Below are positions 29,427 to 38,920 of a stretch of 64,000 bases of DNA, piece by piece. The notes beneath the pieces were generated by a model. That model was not told the origin of the DNA. It made no database searches and saw only the letters and a list, made by a program, of their open reading frames with translations. The DNA comes from Lentimicrobiaceae bacterium. GTDB taxonomy: Bacteria > Bacteroidota > Bacteroidia > Bacteroidales > Lentimicrobiaceae. The stretch lies in NCBI GenBank assembly GCA_020636745.1, contig JACJXH010000006.1, forward strand, positions 132,555-196,554, read 5' to 3'. Both the position numbers and the translations under genes were made by a program. Within the stretch, counting starts at the first letter, position 1. Each line of letters begins with the position of its first letter.

Positions 29427-30446
29427 ATGCCAGCATATATTCTAGGAATTGAATCGTCATGCGATGATACATCAGCAGCAGTTATTTGTGACGATGTTAT
29501 CAAATCAAATGTTATTGCCAATCAACTGGTACATTCCAATTTTGGAGGTGTTGTGCCTGAACTGGCTTCACGTGCTCATCAGCAAAATATTATTCCGGTC
29601 ATTCATGAAGCCATGAAGCGGGCCGGCATTCAAAAAAATGAACTCAGTGCTGTTGCTTTTACACGTGGGCCCGGTTTATTGGGTTCTTTGCTTGTAGGAA
29701 CTTCATTTGCCAAAGCTTTCGCGCTGGCTTTGGATATTCCCTTGATTGAGGTGGATCACATGCAGGCTCATATTTTAGCACATTTCATTCAAAACCCTGA
29801 ACGTACAAATAAGGTGCCATCCTTCCCTTTTCTTTGCCTTACAGTTTCAGGAGGCCATACACAAATTGTAAAGGTGAGTAATTATTTTGAAATGGAGATA
29901 ATTGGCCGGACAATTGATGATGCGGCCGGTGAAGCATTTGATAAAGCAGCTAAAATCATGAGTCTTCCCTATCCTGGCGGGCCACTTATCGATAAATTCG
30001 GGAAAGAAGGCAATCCCCTGGCATTTAAATTTGCCCGCCCTTCCATTCAGGGTCTGGATTATAGTTTTAGTGGTTTAAAGACTTCTTTTCTATATTTTTT
30101 GCGCGACAGATTAAAGGAAGATGCTGATTTTATTGAAAAAAACAAGAATGATTTATGTGCTTCCATTCAGCATGCCATTGTTTCTTCGTTGATGGAGAAA
30201 GTTTTATTGGCTGTGAAGCAAACTGGAATACACCAGGTGGCTGTTGCCGGAGGAGTTTCGGCCAATTCTTCCTTACGGGGTACTTTCATCAGCCTGCAGG
30301 AGCAGGGTAAAATTGAAGCATTTATTCCTGAATTTCAATATACTACCGATAATGCCGCCATGATTGCGGTTGCAGGATATTTCAGATATCTGAATAAAGA
30401 TTTTGCTGATTTGTCGCTTTCGCCTTATTCAAGATCCGGGGTTTGA
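29427..30446 (+). CDS. tsaD: tRNA N6-adenosine threonylcarbamoyltransferase
   Basis: LGIESSCDDTSAA, GGVVPELASRAH, HMQAH, VSGGHT, DDAAGEAFDK, FSFSG-like YSFSGLKT and TDNAAMIA. Confidence 0.97.
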   Translation: MPAYILGIESSCDDTSAAVICDDVIKSNVIANQLVHSNFGGVVPELASRAHQQNIIPVIHEAMKRAGIQKNELSAVAFTRGPGLLGSLLVGTSFAKAFALALDIPLIEVDHMQAHILAHFIQNPERTNKVPSFPFLCLTVSGGHTQIVKVSNYFEMEIIGRTIDDAAGEAFDKAAKIMSLPYPGGPLIDKFGKEGNPLAFKFARPSIQGLDYSFSGLKTSFLYFLRDRLKEDADFIEKNKNDLCASIQHAIVSSLMEKVLLAVKQTGIHQVAVAGGVSANSSLRGTFISLQEQGKIEAFIPEFQYTTDNAAMIAVAGYFRYLNKDFADLSLSPYSRSGV

Positions 30447-30527
30447 TTTGTTTTAATTGTTTTGAGCCAGCCATGCATTGGCTGTGATGGATAATATCGG
30501 ATGAAAAGGTTTAATTAGTTTTATTTA

Positions 30528-31379
30528 TCATTTTAATTCGATAAAGCCCTGACCCTTGCTTTTTCTGATCATGCCTGAGTTTCTGTCGTAGGTGTAGGGC
30601 TGTATTGGCTGACTTTTATCGGGCATATGTTGTGTAATGTAACTGTTCAGCAAATAGTCAAAAAGATATCCTGCATATTGATATCCGGTGTTTGAGGCAT
30701 AATAGTACACCTGGTCAGGTGTGAGCGTGTCAATGGTGTAATAGTATTTTACTTCTCCTGTTAGAGGAAAATATCTGAATCCTCCATCAAAATAATCGGT
30801 ATATGTTTCACTGGCGTATAAGACACGTTTTGCAGTATCATTCTGATTTAAATGTGATAGCTCAAGCCAACTGTTTACGTTTAAAGCAGTAATGAACAAT
30901 CCGTAATTGTAATTTTCCTCATCGCTGTAACTGGCTTCATCGCTGATAGAGTCGTAAAACTCTTCAAGTTGCAGCTGAGCCAGATTTACTATCATTGCTT
31001 TTGATTTATTGTTGATAAAATCTCCGGTTGAAGCTTCCCTGTAAACGGTGTAACCGAGTTGTCTAAGTCCGCGAGATAAACCATTGATATAAGCGTTAAA
31101 GAAGCTGGAATCATTCAGATACTGAATCAGATCGCTGTTAAAAAACAGCAGAGAATCCTGGACTTCAGCAGGTAATTGATTGAAATTATCAACTGGAGGT
31201 ATTTTGTAGCTGTATTTATACATAAAATCAGGAGCCAGCAGCAAAACTGCTACGGGCTCCTTTTTCTTCATAAATTCAGCTGCAAGTTGTCTTTCAACAC
31301 TGCACGATCCTGTTAATAACATCAGCATAACAGCCAAGGCAGCTATCAAAGACTTTCTGATAAATGGTTTTATTTGCAT
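30528..31379 (-). CDS. Hypothetical lipoprotein
   Basis: Lipobox LLTGSC; long ORF in the same operon as fprA; no recognisable domain. Confidence 0.7.
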   Translation of the reverse strand: MQIKPFIRKSLIAALAVMLMLLTGSCSVERQLAAEFMKKKEPVAVLLLAPDFMYKYSYKIPPVDNFNQLPAEVQDSLLFFNSDLIQYLNDSSFFNAYINGLSRGLRQLGYTVYREASTGDFINNKSKAMIVNLAQLQLEEFYDSISDEASYSDEENYNYGLFITALNVNSWLELSHLNQNDTAKRVLYASETYTDYFDGGFRYFPLTGEVKYYYTIDTLTPDQVYYYASNTGYQYAGYLFDYLLNSYITQHMPDKSQPIQPYTYDRNSGMIRKSKGQGFIELK

Positions 31380-31393
31380 AATAAATGCTTCGA

Positions 31394-32620
31394 TTAGCAT
31401 TCAGAATCAACAATTAATTCCTGCTCTAACAAAAGTTTGCCAAAATTATTGCCATATGCCCGTGCTTTTTCTAACTCGTTGCTATGAGGTGTAAATTTAA
31501 TAAATAAACTTTCGCCAGCCAGCTTAAGTTTGAGCGTGGTCAGGTTTGATTCCATCAGTTTGAGTCCTTCACCACTCCACCCGTATGAACCGAAAGCTCC
31601 GGCAAGTTTCCCTTTATCCCTTAAAGGATTGATGAGCGCAAAAACCTGATAAATCTGAAGAAGAATATTTTGATTAATGGTAGGTGTTCCCAGGATAAAG
31701 CCAGCGGCTTTTGATAGTTCTTCGTCAATTTCACCAAGAGGCATGGTTTCAATGTCGTGTAAACGAACGTCAATTTCGCCTGCACTTCTAATGCCTTCAG
31801 CTATACTCTCAGCCAGTTGAGCCGTGTTGTGGTAAGCAGATACATATCCAATAAAAACCCTTCGCTTGTCGGGTAGCTGCAGAGCCTGTCTGGCCAGTTC
31901 TTCTGAAGTGTTGACTGCATTTTGCCAGGTGCTGCGCAAAATAGGGCCATGTCCGGTGCAAATTTGTTCAATATCCAGCGGTCGGATTTTTTCAATGGCC
32001 TTAACCATAAATTTGCTGTAAGGTTTAAGAATTACATCAAAGTAATACTTAAAAGCATCAGCGTAATCACCCACCAGGTCGTCAAACATCAGCTCGCTGC
32101 AGTAATGAGCACCAAAGGAATCGCAGGTAAACAATACTTTGTCTTCTGTCAGATAGGTGTAAATTGAATCAGGCCAGTGCAGATTGGGCGCTCCGATAAA
32201 TTTCAATGTTTTATTGCCCAGCGAAAGGGTATCTCCGTCTTTTACCTGCTTGCTCTTAAATTCATAACCAAGCATATCTTTCAGGTACCTCAGTGCATTC
32301 CCACTCCCAATTACAGTTGCATTTGGGGCAATTTTAAGCAGATTGTGAAGGTTTCCCGAATGATCCGGTTCAGTGTGATCAAGAATAATATATTCAATAT
32401 CGGAGGGATTACATACGCGTTCAATCTTATTGCGGTATGTGTCCCAGAATTTTTCCTTGGTGGTTTCGATAATGGCAGGTTTTTCTGCATCGATAAAATA
32501 GGAGTTGTAGGTTGTGCCATATTTGGTCTCCATTACTACATCAAAAGTTACGATGTCGTAATCAAGCACACCTATCCATTTTACATCATTAGTCACATCA
32601 AGAATTTGTTTGTCTTTCAT
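31394..32620 (-). CDS. fprA: Flavodiiron protein (A-type flavoprotein; O2/NO reductase family), core two-domain form
   Basis: GTTYNSY, DHTEPDH, LHWPDS, FTCDSFGAHY and CTGHGP; flavodoxin motif AFGSYGWSGE. Confidence 0.93.
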   Translation of the reverse strand: MKDKQILDVTNDVKWIGVLDYDIVTFDVVMETKYGTTYNSYFIDAEKPAIIETTKEKFWDTYRNKIERVCNPSDIEYIILDHTEPDHSGNLHNLLKIAPNATVIGSGNALRYLKDMLGYEFKSKQVKDGDTLSLGNKTLKFIGAPNLHWPDSIYTYLTEDKVLFTCDSFGAHYCSELMFDDLVGDYADAFKYYFDVILKPYSKFMVKAIEKIRPLDIEQICTGHGPILRSTWQNAVNTSEELARQALQLPDKRRVFIGYVSAYHNTAQLAESIAEGIRSAGEIDVRLHDIETMPLGEIDEELSKAAGFILGTPTINQNILLQIYQVFALINPLRDKGKLAGAFGSYGWSGEGLKLMESNLTTLKLKLAGESLFIKFTPHSNELEKARAYGNNFGKLLLEQELIVDSEC

Positions 32621-32657
32621 TGAAATCAAAGCTTAGTTTAGTGGTTAATTTTAGTTG

Positions 32658-35339
32658 TCAAAACTCTATACTCATCTGCACGGCATCGTCATCAGGAGGC
32701 AGTTTATGGTCCCGTGGCGGCAATTCAACAGTGTGTTCGGTTATTTGTTCTTTCTGTTCTTCAGAAAGTTCTTCTGTTTGTTCGCTTTCAGGTGGTGTAT
32801 AGGGAAGAGGTTCCAGTTGTTTTATTTTTTTTACAGCATATGTTGTAAGCCTTTTGCCTTTTGCTTTTGGGCTTTTTACATCAATAAATTCCGAGGCTAT
32901 AACTTCTTCGTCGTCCAATACCTTGTTGTTGATTTTGTCGTCAAACACAATCACAAAACGTGGAAGCCAGTCAGTTGAAACTTCAATAAGCTTTGAATCA
33001 GGCTCTTCTCCAATAAAATCAGTTTTTTTGTCGGTAATTTCAACCTGGAATCGTTTGAGATAATAAAACTCTTTTTCTCCATTGTAATACACTGCACTGA
33101 CAGGCTTGGACTCGTTGAATTTTTCGATGATCAGCATGTCTTCATCAAAGTGATTGGCGATGTCAAAATTGTAAAGCCGGTATTGGCCTGATTGCATGAT
33201 GGTGAGGATTTTATCGTCGCCTGAGAAAGCGCCCAAATACCGGCCTCTTCCTTCGGTATTCAGCCTTCTGATGGAGTCATCAAACCATATATCGCGTGCT
33301 CCAAGCGTTGATACCCCTGCTTCGGATAGTGAAATCTTTTTAACCGGATATTTGGTGAGCGTGTTGCCTTGTGAGCTTCTGCCTTTGATAGCTAAATCGC
33401 CAAAATTAAAGTCGAAAACAGGTTTTTTAAGTTTGGGCCTGGGTTTTAAAATAACTTTAATAACCTCTGCTTCGCCGTTAGGATTGGCCGTAAAGTATAG
33501 TACTTTAGACCCTTTAGTGCCTTTGGTCAGCACATATTCCTTGTCGCGGGTAACTCCCAGCACCGAAAACCGCTTGATAAATGCTCCTCCGGCTTTCCCG
33601 TCCTGATAAACCATATTATATACAGTTCTGTCATCATTTTTGCGGAAAATGTCGATGTGAATGACCTGTTCGCCAACGAATACTTTTTCAGTAACTTTTG
33701 TTACAATAAAGGTTCCATCTTCCCTGAATACAATAATATCATCGATATCAGAGCAATCGCAAACAAATTCATCTTTTTTGAGGCTTGTGCCTGCAAACCC
33801 TTCAATTCTGTTTACATACAATTTTTGATTGGCAGCAGCTACCATCACAGCCTCAATGTTATCAAAGCTTCTTAATTCAGTCCGTCGTTCTCTGTTTTTT
33901 CCGTATTTTCTTTTGATATTCCTGAAATACTCGATGGCATATTCAGTCAGGTTGGCCAGATAATGCTCTACCTGAGCTTTTTCATCGTTCAGGTTTTTAA
34001 TGATCTCATCGGCCTTGAATGAATTGAATTTGGAGATTCGCTTAATTTTTATTTCTGTCAGCCTTAGGATATCCTCCATTACAATTTCACGGTAGAATTG
34101 TGGTTTATATGGGTCGAGTCCATGGTCAATAGTTTGAAGAACTTCTTCCCAGCTACCGCATTCTTCAATGTCGTGATAGATTCTGTTTTCAATAAAAATC
34201 TTTTCAAGCGAAGCAAACAGCAGGTTTTCCATCAATTCCTGCCTTCTTATCAGTAGTTCTTTTTTGAGTAGTTCTACTGTATTAAAAGTCGATTCTCTCA
34301 GGATTTCTTTGACACCGATGAAGCGGGGTTTCCCATCCTGAATAATGGTATTGTTGGGAGAGATGGATACTTCGCAATCAGTAAAGGCATATAATGCATC
34401 TATGGTGGTGTCTGGTGATACACCAGGGGTCAGGTGTATAAGTATTTCAACAACATTGGCAGTGTTATCGTCAATTTTCCTGATTTTAATTTTGCCTTTT
34501 TCGCTGGCATTAACGATGCTGTCAATCAAACCTCCGGTTGTAGTACCAAAAGGGATTTCGGTAATGACCAGTGTTTTTTTGTCTAACTGGCTGATTTTTG
34601 CCCTTAATCTTACTTTGCCGCCTCTCAGGCCATCATTGTATTTTGAGCAATCGGCCAGTCCTCCGGTAATAAAGTCGGGGTAAAGCTCAAAATCTTTTTC
34701 CTGTAGTACTTTAATGGAAGCATCAATAAGTTCATTGAAATTATGCGGAAGAATTTTTGAGGCAAGTCCAACTGCAATGCCTTCAACTCCCTGGGCGAGT
34801 AATAGCGGAAATTTTACGGGTAAAGTGACCGGTTCTTTGTTTCGTCCGTCGTACGACATTTTCCACTTGGTTGTTTTGGGGTTGAAAACAACTTCAAGTG
34901 CAAATTTGCTGAGCCTTGCTTCTATATACCTGGGGGCAGCAGCATTGTCGCCTGTAAGAATGTTGCCCCAGTTTCCCTGTTGGTCAATCAGCAAATCTTT
35001 TTGCCCCAGCTGAACCAGTGCATCTCCAATAGAGGCGTCGCCGTGAGGGTGGTATTTCATGGTGTGACCTATAATGTTGGCCACTTTGTTGTACCTGCCG
35101 TCGTCCAACTCATCCATAGCATGTAAAATTCTGCGCTGAACGGGTTTTAGTCCATCAAGTATCTCAGGTACGGCTCGTTCCAGAATTACGTAGGATGCGT
35201 AGTCCAGAAACCAATTTTTGTACATGCCTGATAGCTGAATGGTTTTGTGCATTTCAACAATTTCGGCAACAGGCTGTACTTCAGGGCTTTCTTCCTGGTT
35301 ATCTCCTGTAAAATCGTTAATATTCTCCTCTTCTGTCAT
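32658..35339 (-). CDS. parC: DNA topoisomerase IV subunit A (Bacteroidota type)
   Basis: GMYKNWFLDYASYVILERAVP, DGLKPVQRR, YHPHGDASI and catalytic AAAPRYIEARL; start taken at MTEEENIN (35339). Confidence 0.93.
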   Translation of the reverse strand: MTEEENINDFTGDNQEESPEVQPVAEIVEMHKTIQLSGMYKNWFLDYASYVILERAVPEILDGLKPVQRRILHAMDELDDGRYNKVANIIGHTMKYHPHGDASIGDALVQLGQKDLLIDQQGNWGNILTGDNAAAPRYIEARLSKFALEVVFNPKTTKWKMSYDGRNKEPVTLPVKFPLLLAQGVEGIAVGLASKILPHNFNELIDASIKVLQEKDFELYPDFITGGLADCSKYNDGLRGGKVRLRAKISQLDKKTLVITEIPFGTTTGGLIDSIVNASEKGKIKIRKIDDNTANVVEILIHLTPGVSPDTTIDALYAFTDCEVSISPNNTIIQDGKPRFIGVKEILRESTFNTVELLKKELLIRRQELMENLLFASLEKIFIENRIYHDIEECGSWEEVLQTIDHGLDPYKPQFYREIVMEDILRLTEIKIKRISKFNSFKADEIIKNLNDEKAQVEHYLANLTEYAIEYFRNIKRKYGKNRERRTELRSFDNIEAVMVAAANQKLYVNRIEGFAGTSLKKDEFVCDCSDIDDIIVFREDGTFIVTKVTEKVFVGEQVIHIDIFRKNDDRTVYNMVYQDGKAGGAFIKRFSVLGVTRDKEYVLTKGTKGSKVLYFTANPNGEAEVIKVILKPRPKLKKPVFDFNFGDLAIKGRSSQGNTLTKYPVKKISLSEAGVSTLGARDIWFDDSIRRLNTEGRGRYLGAFSGDDKILTIMQSGQYRLYNFDIANHFDEDMLIIEKFNESKPVSAVYYNGEKEFYYLKRFQVEITDKKTDFIGEEPDSKLIEVSTDWLPRFVIVFDDKINNKVLDDEEVIASEFIDVKSPKAKGKRLTTYAVKKIKQLEPLPYTPPESEQTEELSEEQKEQITEHTVELPPRDHKLPPDDDAVQMSIEF

Positions 35340-35378
35340 ATTTTCTTTAGCATGCCTTTGCATGCAAGCGTATTAAAA

Positions 35379-37445
35379 TCAAGCCGAAACGGCCTTATTT
35401 TTTCTGAATGTTCTGAGTAATATAACTTCTCCGGCAATGCACAGCAAAGCTGCAATGATGAGCCACTTCCAAAGTTCTTTCTTTTGCTGGCTATCCGAAA
35501 TAATCTCATTCAGTGGTTTTCCACCGGGCGTTAATATTGTAAATTCTTTATGTTCTTCAGCAAGTTTTTCTATAGCGGAATTGTCTGCCAGACTTAAATC
35601 AGATTCATTCCGGTTGTAGTTAAAAGCGAGTTGTGTTGCAAGTTTCTGGCCACTTAATACTTGATAAATACCAGCCTCTTTAATCTGATCGTTCATAAAG
35701 ATGACGCTTTGTCCTTCCATTCTTCTGAACTCAGGGATAAAAGCATTGGATTCATTATTTGCCGAAATTTTAAAGATATTGTCTTCTGCTGGCCTGATGT
35801 TTCCCAGGTTGATTCCTTCTGATGTGCCGGTGTAATACATCATGGGTACGGGATGCCCGCTGTTGAAGGCAATATTAAGCATGGCAGGCACAAACAGGGC
35901 ATGTCTTGGCCAGTTACCGGCATTATCTCTGGCAGGTACTGCGCACAGGTAAACACGTCCTTCGCCGGTATTTGTTGTGATTAAAAATGGGTCTCCGTTG
36001 TTCAGCGTCATCAGCACTTCACTACTTCCTGTGCTTGATGCTGATATTTTGAAGTGCCGGCTGATAAATGGTAAGTCAGTATTTTCTTCGCTCAGGCCCT
36101 GTTTCTCAAAAACATCCTTGAAAATACTATGTTTCATGTTGACTGATGCAACCGCACTGCGAGCTGAATCAATTTTTATGAGTTGATCGGTCTTTAATGA
36201 AGCCAGAAGTTGGTTTAATGAGTTAAGATCTGCTCCTAAGGATGGGAATATGAATAGGTTACCTCCCTGATTGGTATATTTGATTAATTCCTGAATAGCC
36301 CCGGAGGATAATTGTTCAACGTCATTTAATATAATTAACGGGTAATTGCTAAGCGTTGAATAGTCAGTTTGTTTAGCCTGAATTGTTGAAAAATCAATCA
36401 CTGAATCAAGGGCAAAAACTGAATGTAAGTAGGCGTTGTCATCTTTGCTGTTGATAGCCAGAACCGGAATTTTGTCTGAAACCCTGAAGGTAAAATAATA
36501 ATTATCATCATAAGTAACCGGATAATCGCTTATTTCAACCATTCCTTGAATGATTCCGGCCTGGGTATTATTAAAAGGTAATTCAATCAGGGTGTTTCCG
36601 CCAGCTTTTACTGATACAGAAGCAACTGCCCGCTGCTGCCCGTTAATCATCAGTTTTAGAGGTATTTTTTCAAGATCTGATGTGGCTGTATTTTTTACAC
36701 TTGCCATGAGCTTTACCGTTTGATTAAGCCTTATAAACGGGTTCTCAAACCAACAGGAATCAATGTATAAATTGTTGGTATTTGCTGATTGGATTGGTAC
36801 GGCATAAAATGCAATGCCCTCAGTAGTCTCAGGCCAATGAGCCATTATTGTACTCTGTTGAAAATCAGAAATAATATAGGCTGACTTCGATGGTGTGCGA
36901 TGAGCATTGAGCAAATCGGCTTGTCTCGGTGCAATTTCTGCAAGCGATCTCACTGATGGAGAAGGCTTCACATCCTTGAGCATTTCTATAAATTCGTCTT
37001 TTGTAACAAGCCGCTGATGTTTGCCTTCAAAATCATTGGTAAGCAATTGAAATAAATCGTCAGGTTTATAAGCAGCCGCAATTTCACTGGCCGCCATCTT
37101 TGCTTCATCAATCAGGCGGCCTTTTGTGCCTGAGGCTTCCATACTGAATGAGTTGTCAATAAATATACTGACAACACTGATTTGGCCGGGTGCAGTTTTT
37201 GTTGCAGAAGGTAAATATGGTTGAGCAAAAGCCAGCACCAAAAAAACTATGGTTAAAATCCTGAGCAAAAGGACCAACAGATGCAGCAACCGGGATTGTT
37301 TTTGCGTTTTTTGCTGTAGCTCTCGCAGAAATCTGACATTGCTGAAATATACTTTCCGGTATTTCCTGAAATTGAAAAGATGGATAGCAATGGGTATCAA
37401 TACCGCAAATAGTCCAAAAAGTAAATAGGGATTAATAAATAGCAT
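35379..37445 (-). CDS. BatA N-terminal-domain membrane protein with vWA-like domain
   Basis: F.NP.LL.GL..V.IPI.IHLFNFR.Y..VYFSNVRFL, LAFAQPY, IFIDNSFSM and C-terminal LWKWLII.AL...AGEV.LLR. Confidence 0.85.
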   Translation of the reverse strand: MLFINPYLLFGLFAVLIPIAIHLFNFRKYRKVYFSNVRFLRELQQKTQKQSRLLHLLVLLLRILTIVFLVLAFAQPYLPSATKTAPGQISVVSIFIDNSFSMEASGTKGRLIDEAKMAASEIAAAYKPDDLFQLLTNDFEGKHQRLVTKDEFIEMLKDVKPSPSVRSLAEIAPRQADLLNAHRTPSKSAYIISDFQQSTIMAHWPETTEGIAFYAVPIQSANTNNLYIDSCWFENPFIRLNQTVKLMASVKNTATSDLEKIPLKLMINGQQRAVASVSVKAGGNTLIELPFNNTQAGIIQGMVEISDYPVTYDDNYYFTFRVSDKIPVLAINSKDDNAYLHSVFALDSVIDFSTIQAKQTDYSTLSNYPLIILNDVEQLSSGAIQELIKYTNQGGNLFIFPSLGADLNSLNQLLASLKTDQLIKIDSARSAVASVNMKHSIFKDVFEKQGLSEENTDLPFISRHFKISASSTGSSEVLMTLNNGDPFLITTNTGEGRVYLCAVPARDNAGNWPRHALFVPAMLNIAFNSGHPVPMMYYTGTSEGINLGNIRPAEDNIFKISANNESNAFIPEFRRMEGQSVIFMNDQIKEAGIYQVLSGQKLATQLAFNYNRNESDLSLADNSAIEKLAEEHKEFTILTPGGKPLNEIISDSQQKKELWKWLIIAALLCIAGEVILLRTFRKNKAVSA

Positions 37446-37530
37446 ATCAGATTAACAAAGGCAAAATTCATTGGTATGCAAAATTAAACAAATCCGCGTT
37501 GAATTGAAGCTGTCTGAAAGATAAGATCAT

Positions 37531-37558
37531 AAAAAAAGCCTGCATTTATCAGCAGGCT
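37531..37558 (-). terminator. Terminator of the downstream ferritin-like paralog
   Basis: AGCCTGC-atttatca-GCAGGCT stem with a U7 tract on the minus strand. Confidence 0.75.
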
Positions 37559-37580
37559 ATAAAGTTATTTTGAGCCATGT

Positions 37581-38036
37581 TTAGTGACACAATAAAAGAG
37601 AGTCGTTGTATTCAATTTCAACGCCTAATTTGTGTTTTGACTCTTCCTCGGCCAGTGTTTTTAAAATTTTGCTGGTTTCCTGGTCATGGGCTCTGGATGC
37701 TAAATCGCAGAATAGCTGTGATGATGCCCTGAGCTTTCTCATGGCAAGTACAAGTTCTTCAGAATAAGAGCGTTTTTTGGATGTGTCTATCTGAATAGTG
37801 TAATCACTGAGTTTGAAATCTTGCAATTTTTCACTGATATTTTCAACCGGGCCATTTTCTCTTACACGTGTTAGTTTGCTTATATGAGCAAATTCATCAC
37901 GCGCATATAGCTCAAAGGTCTGTCTGATTTTAGAATTTCGGGCTATATTGGAAAGATGAAGATAAAAATCTGCGGTTTCCTTTTCCGACTTTATCGCATA
38001 AAGCAGAATTTCATCGATTGAGCTTGCGTTTTTCAT
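37581..38036 (-). CDS. Rubrerythrin-like ferritin-fold protein, paralog with a degenerate di-iron site
   Basis: AIKSEKETADFY, DEFAH and EEESKH; aligns end-to-end with the upstream paralog. Confidence 0.8.
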   Translation of the reverse strand: MKNASSIDEILLYAIKSEKETADFYLHLSNIARNSKIRQTFELYARDEFAHISKLTRVRENGPVENISEKLQDFKLSDYTIQIDTSKKRSYSEELVLAMRKLRASSQLFCDLASRAHDQETSKILKTLAEEESKHKLGVEIEYNDSLLLCH

Positions 38037-38129
38037 AGGGCTGTTGGTGCTTAGAGGTTAATACAGCATTTATATTTCCCGGTAGTTTTCTTATTAATCC
38101 CTGATTATGAAAAAAGTAATAGGTTAAAA

Positions 38130-38159
38130 TAAAAATAGCCTGTTGAATAAACAGGCTAT
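38130..38159 (-). terminator. Terminator of the upstream ferritin-like paralog
   Basis: ATAGCCTGTT-gaata-AACAGGCTAT stem with a U-tract on the minus strand. Confidence 0.75.
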
Positions 38160-38179
38160 CAAGGTGATATGGTGTGAAT

Positions 38180-38635
38180 TTAATTCTCTTTTAATACCGA
38201 TTGGTCGTATTCAAGCTCAAAACGCAACTTGTGTTTGGCTTCTTCCTGGGCAAGCGAGTTGAAAATAGCGCTTATTTCTTCGGTAGGTGCCTTAGCCGCA
38301 AGATCAAGGTACATCCGGAAAGCTGCTTTCTCTTTTTTCATGGCCAGAACCAATGCTTCATGATAAGTCATTTCGGGGCCTGGCATTACGTCAATGATAT
38401 AATCACTGATTTTTAAATCCTGTATTGTTTCTGTTGAAATCTTAAAAAGACCTTGCTCGCGAACAGTTATCAGCCTGGCTTTGTGTTCCATCTCTTCCTG
38501 CGCATATTGCTTGAAAATCTGTTTCATCTCAGTATTGCGCGATTGTGCTGATAATCGGCTGTAGAAATCAACAGCTTCCTGTTCAGCATTAATGGCAAAA
38601 AGAAGAATTTCATCAATAGATTTAAATGGCTCCAT
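38180..38635 (-). CDS. Rubrerythrin-like ferritin-fold (di-iron) protein without rubredoxin domain
   Basis: Two E...ExxH units: AINAEQEAVDFY/EEMEH and AMKKEKAAFRMY/EEAKH; start taken at MEPFKS (38635). Confidence 0.88.
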   Translation of the reverse strand: MEPFKSIDEILLFAINAEQEAVDFYSRLSAQSRNTEMKQIFKQYAQEEMEHKARLITVREQGLFKISTETIQDLKISDYIIDVMPGPEMTYHEALVLAMKKEKAAFRMYLDLAAKAPTEEISAIFNSLAQEEAKHKLRFELEYDQSVLKEN

Positions 38636-38856
38636 ATTATGTAGATTTGGGTAAAGTCTTATGCAAAAATAGTGATATATCATTCATTCGTTGAGGTTTT
38701 TATTGTCAATTGAGATTTTCAGTGTAATACTTATCCGGACTTTTTAAGGATTATGCCGTTTTAAAAGTTTATCTGAAGGCTGAAAATGAAATGCAGGAGA
38801 GATGAGAATGAAAAGCCTGCTGCAACAATAAAGCAAAGAGGAGGAACGGAACAAAT

Positions 38857-38881
38857 AAAAAAGCCCCGGAAAACCGGGGCT
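38857..38881 (-). terminator. Terminator downstream of gdhA
   Basis: AGCCCCGG-aaaa-CCGGGGCT stem with a U-tract on the minus strand. Confidence 0.8.
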
Positions 38882-38920
38882 CTGGGTTATCCAACATAGT
38901 ATATGCTGGAAAATTAGCTC

